A stretch of 52,613 bases of DNA, from the NCBI GenBank assembly GCA_044337765.1, contig JBIIMX010000001.1:1-52613 (forward strand), read 5' to 3'. Under the pieces are notes generated by a model that was not told the DNA's origin, did no database searches, and saw only the letters and a list, made by a program, of their open reading frames with translations. Positions 45,052-52,613 of this stretch are shown here, in pieces; within the stretch, counting starts at the first letter, position 1; the number at the start of each line of letters is the position of its first letter. Source of the stretch: Pirellulales bacterium. Lineage in GTDB: Bacteria > Planctomycetota > Planctomycetia > Pirellulales > UBA1268. Both the position numbers and the translations under genes were made by a program.

Positions 45052-48000
45052 TGTCTCTGCTCGTCAGGTTGCGTGACCTTGACTTCCTTCCCGCCATGCT
45101 TGATCTCGAATCGTTTCACTGGGATCGGGCCGCCCTCCTGCGGCATTTTCCAAAGAAGCGAGAGCGTCGCCGACACAAGAGTCTCGAGCAAGATCTCGCT
45201 GCACTCCTTTTTCACCGGGTCTACCTTGTCATGCAACGCGATCCAGGCATCGATGCCGAGAACAGCGCGGGCGAAGTCATGCGGGTCGGTGTCGCCATCT
45301 TGACCTGGTGACTCATCAAGAAACCTCGCCAGCCAGAGCGGCGAGCACAGCCATTGGTCTAAATCCGCATTCCACTCCTCAATGGCTTTATCAGTCGATA
45401 CTTTCGTTGCGTCATACTTGCTCTTGGCGATCTTGTACTTGTTCATAGCTTCAGCGTCGGCCTCTGATGCCGGCGCTTCGGGGGGCGGCGGCGACTGCGG
45501 TCGCTTGCCACGTTCCCTCACAAACGCTGCTTGTACAAACGCATGAAACGGGCCTTCCTGTTTTTTTACAAAATCAAACGCTTGATCCCGCCAGGCCTGC
45601 AGCCTCATCTTTTGCTCAGTTGGTTTGAGCGAGAGAGCCGTGTCGATCTTTTTCTCAAGGGCATCGACCGTATTTTTGGGATTGCGATGGCCTTCATCGA
45701 GCATCACTTTGAACAGTCGCACGAATTTGTCTCGGTTCCATTCGGCGGAGAGCGGTGGCCATGGCTGGGTCAGGTCCCGAGCTTTGAAACGGGTGACGCG
45801 AGCGGTCCATGGCTGGGAGTCCTTCCGCGACAGGAGAACAGTGAGTCCGCCGTCAGCGGCGTCGAACTTACTCTCCAGTGATTCGAGCCATACGCGGCGA
45901 CCTTTGTTGGCATCGCCGTCGGCGATGGTGCACCATAGGTCTGTCGTGCTTTCCAGTGAGCCATTGCCTGCACGGGTTTCCAATTCCAATACACGGGTGC
46001 CGTTCGGGCGGCCGCTGTTCAACGTCATCTTGAGCACATTCGGTCCGCCGAGTAGCGAAGGGGCGACTTTCAGAGACTGACTCATCTTCAAGGAAACAGC
46101 GTCACCAGTGAGTACGTCGGAGAGGCTACAACTCTGTCCATCGGCGCGACTTGCCTCTACCTCGTCCGGCGCGGCGACGGCGGGGAGTGTGATCAGTTGC
46201 GGTGTCGGGCTGGCATCGGATGCAAAAATGAAAGGAACATAGAGATGGTCCCGAGGCTCGTTCGCGCCCAGCTCGGATTTGAAGGTCAAATTCCCCTTCC
46301 CTCGGTCGAGCCTCACTGTCCCCCAATGTTTGTGCAAGTCGTCAGGCAGGCCCGTCAACTTCCAGATCCGCTGGTCTCCTGCTTCAGCCGACGGCGACTC
46401 CACCTTGGGCTTCCAATTACCAACGGATGGCAAGGACAGTGTGAACGTGAGATTCTTGGCATCCAGATCGGACGCGAGAATCACCGGCTTGGCATCAATT
46501 TCTCCGCTTGGCCTTGGCTCATACTGGATGAGTGCTTCCTGGAGTGCAGTGAATGCCTGACTGGCCAACTCGGCTGGGGAGAACTGAGGCATTTGATCGG
46601 GCGTGGACTCGATCACAGAGGTTTTCTCCTTGGCGATCGCTTGATCGATGGCCGCAACAGAACTGTTGAGTGTGTTGGCCGCGTCGTTGTAGGTCAGGCC
46701 GGCTTTATTCGCGGCAAGTGTCTCTCGAAATCGTTGCATGATCTTTGACCGAGTAGCCGGCGGAAGTCGGCCAGGCCAGAGAAATTCCACTGACGCCTCA
46801 CCCAATACCTGCCGCAACTTTCCCTGCGGCTTGTCGAAGGCCGCAGCCACGACCTGTGTTGCGGCATCGATGGCCCGTTGCAGCGAGTTGACGTCGCGCA
46901 CCTTCGGCGGCTTTGCGTTCGCCGCAATCCAGCCCGCTACGAGACTTGCGACGGCAGTTCGAGCTTGGCCCTCCTCAGGGGCAGTGACATGTACCCCGAG
47001 CTTTTCGGCGTTTGTGAGCACATCCTTGCCTTGCAGTACGCCCTGCACCGCGGACAGCAGGTCTGAACGTCGTTGTGCCGATTCAACACGAGATCTGTCG
47101 ATCGCCTTGGTCGCCAGAGCGCTCAGAAGTAATGAGAACTCGGTTTCTACCGGAATGTTATTGTCGTCCCAGAATGCGTGCTGCCATTCCCCGAGCGTCG
47201 GCTGAGTATCTCCTGAGAAGGGCTTTCCGACATCGGAGTCGGCATACGCGTAGATCTTGTCTTGGCAGCCTTTCGCGGCCAGTACGTCCAACCAATACCA
47301 CACGGCGACCGAACCAGCGACAAGCACGATGGCCGCCAGCAACGTGCTGCAGAGAATATACCAGTGAAGCCGCGACTTCGGCTCATCCTCATCCCAACTG
47401 CCCGGCGCCGTCGGCGGGCGATGCGAATGAACCATCGCCTGTCCGGCCGCCGTCTGACCGACCGGCAACATCGGCCCCGCAGCCTCTTCCAGCGACGGCG
47501 GCATGCTCGGGCCCCGGGAAGGCGCACGCGCCACAGACTGCTTCGGTCCCTGTCGCGCGACGGCGACAAAATCATCCGCGGCCAGATTGGCGGGCACGGG
47601 GTTACGGCTCGACAGATCAACGATCAGCAAGCCGGCATGCCCGGCCGCGGATTCGGGACTCCCAGCGTACGTTCCGCGGAACGACGACAAAGAACTGCCT
47701 ATGACGGTGGTGTCGAACGTAGTGCGCCACCGGTTGTCGGGAGGAAGAAGGGCAAACGCTTCTTGAAAAAGCTCCAACAGGGTTCGGCACCAGGCAGGCG
47801 AGCAATCGGGCGCGATCACCAGCGATGGCTGGCCACGCATCGCCCGCTGCGCAAGTACTCCACCCCAACCGGCGTCGCCCGTCACGCCCTCCCAGCGATG
47901 ACAGACAGCGGGCTGCACGGGCGGCGCCGAGAGTGCGAAGGGGGCGGCTCGTTCTTCCGGGCCGCCCTTCCAGACAGTCGCAAGCCGCGCCTCGTTCGCG

Positions 48001-48341
48001 GCGAGCACGGCCGCCGGCGAGGAATTCCGGAGAGCCGCCATTTCGTTGGGATCCACGGCCAGCAGGTGCGACAGTTTGTTTGATCTGTTTGAAAAGTCGA
48101 TACCAGCATCAACTGTGCGACCGAGCACGTTGAGTTGCCCGGTGGCCCCACGCACAGAGCGAAAACTGTAGATCACCGGATTTCGGCCACTTCCCTGCGG
48201 GATGTGCCGATACACAGCCAACTGCTCGAGGCTCGTCATCAAGTCGTCGCTGACGCCAGCCGTGCGCATGACGGTCTGAAACCCGGTACGACCATGTTTT
48301 ACGCCGCGAGGGACGCTCGTAACGACGATTTCCTTTGCCAT
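45048..48341 (-). CDS. GAP1-like (GTPase-associated protein 1-like) large membrane protein
   Basis: I use the ATG at 48341 (MAKEIVVTSVPRGVKHGRTGFQTVMRTAGVSDDL...), 22 nt after the GTPase stop. This N-terminus follows the pattern I recall for GAP1-N domains (hydrophobic-x-YTS..RGL..G..GFQ.VA.S.G). Central TM WYILCSTLLAAIVLVAGSVAVWYWL, then a long C-terminal region. The listed ORF extends to 48383. Confidence 0.6.
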   Translation of the reverse strand: MAKEIVVTSVPRGVKHGRTGFQTVMRTAGVSDDLMTSLEQLAVYRHIPQGSGRNPVIYSFRSVRGATGQLNVLGRTVDAGIDFSNRSNKLSHLLAVDPNEMAALRNSSPAAVLAANEARLATVWKGGPEERAAPFALSAPPVQPAVCHRWEGVTGDAGWGGVLAQRAMRGQPSLVIAPDCSPAWCRTLLELFQEAFALLPPDNRWRTTFDTTVIGSSLSSFRGTYAGSPESAAGHAGLLIVDLSSRNPVPANLAADDFVAVARQGPKQSVARAPSRGPSMPPSLEEAAGPMLPVGQTAAGQAMVHSHRPPTAPGSWDEDEPKSRLHWYILCSTLLAAIVLVAGSVAVWYWLDVLAAKGCQDKIYAYADSDVGKPFSGDTQPTLGEWQHAFWDDNNIPVETEFSLLLSALATKAIDRSRVESAQRRSDLLSAVQGVLQGKDVLTNAEKLGVHVTAPEEGQARTAVASLVAGWIAANAKPPKVRDVNSLQRAIDAATQVVAAAFDKPQGKLRQVLGEASVEFLWPGRLPPATRSKIMQRFRETLAANKAGLTYNDAANTLNSSVAAIDQAIAKEKTSVIESTPDQMPQFSPAELASQAFTALQEALIQYEPRPSGEIDAKPVILASDLDAKNLTFTLSLPSVGNWKPKVESPSAEAGDQRIWKLTGLPDDLHKHWGTVRLDRGKGNLTFKSELGANEPRDHLYVPFIFASDASPTPQLITLPAVAAPDEVEASRADGQSCSLSDVLTGDAVSLKMSQSLKVAPSLLGGPNVLKMTLNSGRPNGTRVLELETRAGNGSLESTTDLWCTIADGDANKGRRVWLESLESKFDAADGGLTVLLSRKDSQPWTARVTRFKARDLTQPWPPLSAEWNRDKFVRLFKVMLDEGHRNPKNTVDALEKKIDTALSLKPTEQKMRLQAWRDQAFDFVKKQEGPFHAFVQAAFVRERGKRPQSPPPPEAPASEADAEAMNKYKIAKSKYDATKVSTDKAIEEWNADLDQWLCSPLWLARFLDESPGQDGDTDPHDFARAVLGIDAWIALHDKVDPVKKECSEILLETLVSATLSLLWKMPQEGGPIPVKRFEIKHGGKEVKVTQPDEQRQ

Positions 48342-48363
48342 AAAACAAATGCACCGTGGTTCG

Positions 48364-49674
48364 TTAGCAATGGGGACCGACAAGGAGGTGGGGAACGCAT
48401 ACGTGCATCAGAATGAGAAGCGGCACCTCCGACCACATCGGCTTGATGTTTCCAGCGAGGTGGTAGTAGCCCTGCTCGTCCTTCCCGGTCGGTGGACAGC
48501 CCGTCGCACTCACCGGCACGAAAAACGTCAAGTCGGGATCGCAGTATGTTTCGATGCGCGACAGCATCGAAGCGGCATAATTGGACATCATTTTGCGACA
48601 GGCATCCGAAACCCTCTTTACGATCTCGAATTCAAAGGCGACGCGATCATCACCGTTGCTGGCAGCTTCGACACCCTGCCACAGGTCTGGAAGCCGATCT
48701 ATGTTGGTGAGCGAGTTCCAGGCATCGAATTTGGCGATGGCGACAATCAGCGGTTTTCTCACGCGCTCGCTTTCTGACAATCCGGCGAACCGCTGGACTC
48801 GTTGCATCGCGGAACTGAATAGTGACTGCTGCTGGCTCATGCGTGAGTCTGTCCACTGCAGGTCTTCGCTTTTTTGGGAACAAGCCTGCCGGAATGAGTT
48901 TTCCTGAGTTGGATCGAACACGAACATCAGCCCATCCGCCTTGGACATATGCCGCGTGACAGGACTTTCCTCTCTCTCCATCCCAGGCTCGAAACTCTCT
49001 CCGGCATTGTCGTAGATTCGCAGGATACGCCCCGCCTCCGACCCGGCAGCATGCGCAGGATGCCCCGCCATGGCGTCGAGCTTAAACAGGAACGGTTTGG
49101 GCAGAAGCTTTGTGCGTCTTCCGAATGCCACCCTCGTATACCAGTCCCCCTCGAGGTCGGTCTTCAAGAGCCGCACCTTGGTGCTGGGAGTAGGCGCCTT
49201 GAAGAGTTGGGACTGGTAGTCCCTGATAATCACGTTGGTTTCAGCGTCTGCGTCGTCGATGGAGATGCGACATTTGTCGAGCCTTTGCTCCGCCTGATAG
49301 GTCATCGATGTCAGCAGGTACGATTTACTGCTCGACGGCGATCCGAAGATCGAGAGGGCGAGCGTGCGGCGTGTGGCCAACACACGCGGCACCTTCAAAT
49401 GGCAGTTTGGGCACGCCGTTTCCGTGCACACGCCGCCAAGCGGATCAACCGCATCGCCTTGGATCGTAAACTGGCTTGGCAGAAACCGGCGGTACGCTCC
49501 ATCGGGTAACCGATGGTCAAATGCGAGTTCGGCGCTGGTCGCGATGAAGTGCATCTGCTCCGGAGGAAACTCGTGCCAGCAGTGCGGACAGACTATCGTG
49601 TCGAGGAGAAACCCTTCATCGGATCTGGATTCCATTTTTATGAAGCACAATGGAGCCGTAAGGGGGTGGCACAT
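48364..49674 (-). CDS. Zinc-ribbon-fused TRAFAC-type P-loop GTPase
   Basis: 436 aa. Zinc ribbon CPHCWHEF...CPNCHLKV. G1 SIFGSPSSSKSYL, G3 RIYDNAGESF, G4-like VAIAKFDAW, G5-like VPVSATG. The start may instead be the ATG at 49635 (MESRSDEGF...). Confidence 0.75.
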   Translation of the reverse strand: MCHPLTAPLCFIKMESRSDEGFLLDTIVCPHCWHEFPPEQMHFIATSAELAFDHRLPDGAYRRFLPSQFTIQGDAVDPLGGVCTETACPNCHLKVPRVLATRRTLALSIFGSPSSSKSYLLTSMTYQAEQRLDKCRISIDDADAETNVIIRDYQSQLFKAPTPSTKVRLLKTDLEGDWYTRVAFGRRTKLLPKPFLFKLDAMAGHPAHAAGSEAGRILRIYDNAGESFEPGMEREESPVTRHMSKADGLMFVFDPTQENSFRQACSQKSEDLQWTDSRMSQQQSLFSSAMQRVQRFAGLSESERVRKPLIVAIAKFDAWNSLTNIDRLPDLWQGVEAASNGDDRVAFEFEIVKRVSDACRKMMSNYAASMLSRIETYCDPDLTFFVPVSATGCPPTGKDEQGYYHLAGNIKPMWSEVPLLILMHVCVPHLLVGPHC

Positions 49675-49886
49675 CGCGTGACAAGCTAGTATTCTCGGGG
49701 GGATAAAGGGAATCTGTCAAGGCTTCGCAGCGGGCGAAACACGAAAGACACGCGGGTCGAAGGCGTTGTGGATCCCCGCGGCGGAGTCTCACTCGCGTGC
49801 GTTCCCTGAGTCGCAAGGCACTTCAACCACCGAATTCGCTGCCATGACAATCGCTTTGCACACTCGCTTGACGCGGAGTCGACGGC

Positions 49887-50672
49887 ATGAGTGAAGAGTG
49901 GTACGTCGGCAGAGGTGGACGGCAGACAGGCCCCTTCACTCTGCAGCAATTGAGGCAGATGGCAGCCTCTGGCCATTTGTCGAAGGCCGATCTGATTTGG
50001 AAGGACGGTTTTCCGAACTGGGTTCCTTGCTCGTCAGTCACTGATCTCTTTCCATCGGCTTCGGGTGTTTCCCCCACGTCATTGCATCGGCCTACACCCA
50101 GGCCAACGGCGCCACCTCCATCAGTTTCGGTGCGAAGCGAGGAAGGCCTTGGCACTTCGGAGGCGTCCACAGGAGCGGACCCGGGTTGGGCATTCCAGAC
50201 AACGCCCAACGCGGCCACAATTCCTGGCGCACCACTTCAACTTGCGGAATTTCTACCACGGGTCGGAGCCGCATTGCTCGACGGGCTGTTTGTCAGCCTG
50301 ATCGGCTGCATTCCGAACGGGGTTATTGTCGGACTTCTGTTGGCCGCCATCAACAATAACCGCGACAATGCCGAAGCTCTGGCTTTTCTGGCCAACATTT
50401 TCACCAGTGCCATCGGATTCCTCATTGGGGTCGTCTACTGCGTCACACTTGATGCCTCTGCCAAACAGGGTACGTGGGGCAAGCAGATCGTCGGCCTCCG
50501 AGTGACCGACCTTGATGGCCGCAGGCTCAGCATCGGCCGCGCCATCGGCCGTTTCTTTGCACGTTATCTCACCATCTGCACATGCGGTATCGGCTACCTG
50601 CTTCCACTGTTCACACAAAAGAGGCAGACACTGCACGACCTGATATGCGGCTGCATTGTTGTCAACAAATGA
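49887..50672 (+). CDS. GYF_2 (DUF4339) + RDD family membrane protein
   Basis: EEWYVGRGGRQTGPFTLQQLRQMAASGHLSKADLIWKDGFPNWVPCSSVTDLF is the GYF_2 domain. The RDD domain shows RVGAALLDGLFVSLI...GTWGKQIVGLRVTDLDGRRLSIGRAIGRFFARYL. Confidence 0.75.
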   Translation: MSEEWYVGRGGRQTGPFTLQQLRQMAASGHLSKADLIWKDGFPNWVPCSSVTDLFPSASGVSPTSLHRPTPRPTAPPPSVSVRSEEGLGTSEASTGADPGWAFQTTPNAATIPGAPLQLAEFLPRVGAALLDGLFVSLIGCIPNGVIVGLLLAAINNNRDNAEALAFLANIFTSAIGFLIGVVYCVTLDASAKQGTWGKQIVGLRVTDLDGRRLSIGRAIGRFFARYLTICTCGIGYLLPLFTQKRQTLHDLICGCIVVNK

Positions 50673-50692
50673 TCGCGGCATCCGGCAGATCG

Positions 50693-51199
50693 ATGACTCC
50701 AGCCGGCCACCACGAGGAGCCGATCCTGGAACAACGGCGGTCACCGCCGCCGCTTCCCCGTTCCGCACCCTCTCGAGCAGAGCGCGGGGCAGCCGGGGGG
50801 TTCGCGTTGCTTGGATGCCTCGTTTTTACGGTGGCGGCGATCCTTTGCCCCTATGACCCGGAAGGTCGGCCACTTTCACACGGCACTCACCGACAGCTTG
50901 GCTTGCCACCCTGCGCCATACAGGCACTCACAGGCCTTCCCTGTCCCTCCTGTGGCATGACGACGAGCATTTCGCTCGTCATGCACGGCGACCTTGCAGC
51001 TGCGAGCGAGGCCAACTCAGCCGGGCTCATCGTGGCGGGCCTCGGTTTGTTTACGACTGTCTGGCTGGCAGCCGTGGCGGCCGGGATGCCCGCTGGCACA
51101 TTCACCGTAGATGAGACGATCAAATGGCTCACCGTCGCAGGTACGACAGCCGCAATGCTCCGCTGGCTCGCATTGGCGGCCACATGGCTTGGACAGTGA
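50693..51199 (+). CDS. DUF2752 domain membrane protein
   Basis: I use the internal ATG at 50693. The CP.CG motif (LTGLPCPSCGMTTS) is followed by hydrophobic helices, typical of DUF2752. Confidence 0.6.
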   Translation: MTPAGHHEEPILEQRRSPPPLPRSAPSRAERGAAGGFALLGCLVFTVAAILCPYDPEGRPLSHGTHRQLGLPPCAIQALTGLPCPSCGMTTSISLVMHGDLAAASEANSAGLIVAGLGLFTTVWLAAVAAGMPAGTFTVDETIKWLTVAGTTAAMLRWLALAATWLGQ

Positions 51200-51565
51200 T
51201 GCGTATCGGCGACGAGGCAGCGTCCCGAACTACTTCCCACTTCCTCCCAGTGGTGACCCATTCGTAACCCAGTGCAGGCGACGACTGGGCTGGGTTTTGC
51301 AAAGCAGGCCACTACGGCATCACCACCTTCGAGTCCCTGCTCCTCCATCAGCTTTACGATCCTGGCGGCGTTCTCCGCTTGTCTGGTGTCGCGGGGCAAA
51401 GACACGCCTTCCGGCACATCGACAACGTTTTTTCCGTCGGCGGCCTGCATCGGGCGTCGCTCTGGAAGATTTTCGGCAGAGCGGGCGAATGGCAATATCC
51501 TCCACTCCCGAGTATCTTGTTCCGGTCGCGGACGTGTCCGGCTCGTTTTGAATGGATTCCCACAC

Positions 51566-52613
51566 ATGGACAGCCTGTTTGCCTGGACGATCACCGCTCC
51601 CGCACTCATGCTGCTGGCCGCTGGTCTCATCCCGCGGGACTGGGCGAACGAGCACCTCGATTTCATGCGGCGGCTGGCCAAAACCTTGACCGTGGCGGCT
51701 GCGGTCCTTGCTGCTGTCGTTGCTGTGTGGCTGGCCTTCGGAGGGCCGATCGACGTTCGCTTGGCGGTTGTGCCCGGTCTGCCCGCCCTCAACTTCGGTG
51801 TCTACTTTGACGACCTCGCAGCGATCATGCTCCTGCTGATCAGCTTTATCGGTGCGGTCATCTGTCGGTACGCGGTCCGCTATCTCGACGGCGATCGCGA
51901 GCAGGGGCGATTCCTCTGCTGGATGCTCTTCACGCTCGGCGCGGTGCTCCTGCTGGTCACCTCCCGGAACCTGCTCCAGTTCGCCACCGCCTGGCTCTTG
52001 GCAGACCTCGGCCTCCATGAACTCCTCTGCCACCACCGCCATCGGTCCTGGGCTCTCTGGGCCGCACGCAAAAAACTCCTCATCAGTCTGCTCGGCAACG
52101 TCTTTCTGATCGCCGCCTTGGCGGTGACGTATGTCAGCCTCGGCAGCTTCGACTACACCGACCTATTCGCCAAGGCCGTGGCCCTGCGGGAGCAGTCGGC
52201 ACCGAACTCGATGCTGGTCTGGGCCATCGGAAGCCTGTTTGTGTTGGCGGCGATGACCAAGTCGGCCCAGTTTCCCTTTCACAGCTGGCTGCCCGATACG
52301 ATGGAGGCGCCCACGCCGGTTTCCGCCCTGATGCACGCTGGCATTATTAATGCCGGAGGGTTTCTCGTGATCCGGCTCAGTCCGCTGCTGGTGCTCTCGC
52401 CCGCCGCTCTTGGCCTGCTGGCGATGATCGGCGCGATCACCGCGCTCCTCGGTGGCGTCGTGATGCTCTCTCAGACGAGCGTGAAACGTTCGCTTGCGTT
52501 TTCGACGATTGCCCAGATGGGCTTCATGATGCTCCAGTGCGGGCTCGGCGGCTTTTCCGCGGCTTTGCTCCACATCGTCGCGCACTCGCTCTACAAGGCC
52601 CATGCCTTTCTCA
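51566..52613 (+). CDS. Proton-conducting membrane transporter, NuoL/MnhA/DabB family (5' complete, 3' end runs off window)
   Basis: Not in the ORF track because there is no stop in the window. Manual translation from ATG 51566: MDSLFAWTITAPALMLLAAGL...KSAQFPFHSWLPDTMEAPTPVSALMHAGIINAGGFLVIRL...STIAQMGFMMLQCGLG...LLHIVAHSLYKAHAFL. This is the Proton_antipo_M signature. Confidence 0.85.
   Translation, partial: MDSLFAWTITAPALMLLAAGLIPRDWANEHLDFMRRLAKTLTVAAAVLAAVVAVWLAFGGPIDVRLAVVPGLPALNFGVYFDDLAAIMLLLISFIGAVICRYAVRYLDGDREQGRFLCWMLFTLGAVLLLVTSRNLLQFATAWLLADLGLHELLCHHRHRSWALWAARKKLLISLLGNVFLIAALAVTYVSLGSFDYTDLFAKAVALREQSAPNSMLVWAIGSLFVLAAMTKSAQFPFHSWLPDTMEAPTPVSALMHAGIINAGGFLVIRLSPLLVLSPAALGLLAMIGAITALLGGVVMLSQTSVKRSLAFSTIAQMGFMMLQCGLGGFSAALLHIVAHSLYKAHAFL

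Noticed and set aside
50887-51792. 301-aa minus-strand ORF covering the 51.2-51.56 kb gap (contains MQAADGKNVVDVPEGVSL...).
   Set aside because: It overlaps both the DUF2752 gene and the NuoL-like gene, with shadow-like composition over most of its length. A short real gene in the gap cannot be excluded, but I cannot support one.

Overview
High-GC window, probably a Planctomycetota chromosome. That assignment is an inference from protein families and from an ASWKLAAT/SKLETRCH-type hairpin repeat. Many long Arg/Pro-rich ORFs in the supplied track are shadow frames of the real genes. Two real genes run off the window edges and are missing from the track: 1..2168 (-) and 51566..52613 (+).

Layout:
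- (a) 1-8 kb, housekeeping-like genes: an anti-sigma-like membrane protein, a TPR protein, AroE-family shikimate dehydrogenase, a HEAT-repeat protein, an LplA-family lipoate ligase and a GT2 glycosyltransferase.
- (b) tRNA-Arg(CCG) at 8039..8112, carrying a 7.7-kb integrated element bounded by 24-bp att direct repeats (8093..15765). It encodes an integrase, HTH regulators, DUF4326, a primase/DUF3987 protein, a P27-type small terminase, a prohead-protease-like protein and a stand-alone LexA-type DNA-binding domain. This gene set is phage-satellite-like or a prophage remnant.
- (c) About 34 kb of accessory DNA holding the two most interesting loci.
  - 22.5-42.8 kb: a mirror-symmetric locus. Two diverged paralogous three-gene modules (exported C protein, exported vWA protein, small Cys-tailed exported protein) flank a co-directional core. 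The core encodes a TM protein with a possible degenerate kinase-like motif, an exported protein, a dynamin-like GTPase, a divergent Hsp70-like ATPase, a 1033-aa orphan with a GrpE-like tail, and a polytopic membrane protein. I do not recognise this as a named system.
  - 42.9-49.7 kb: a zinc-ribbon TRAFAC-type GTPase operon with a 1097-aa GAP1-like protein, a helical tail-anchored protein and a GYF_2/DUF4190 protein. It resembles computationally predicted GTPase-centric conflict systems.
- (d) Right edge: a GYF_2-RDD protein, a DUF2752 protein and a partial NuoL/MnhA/DabB-family membrane subunit.
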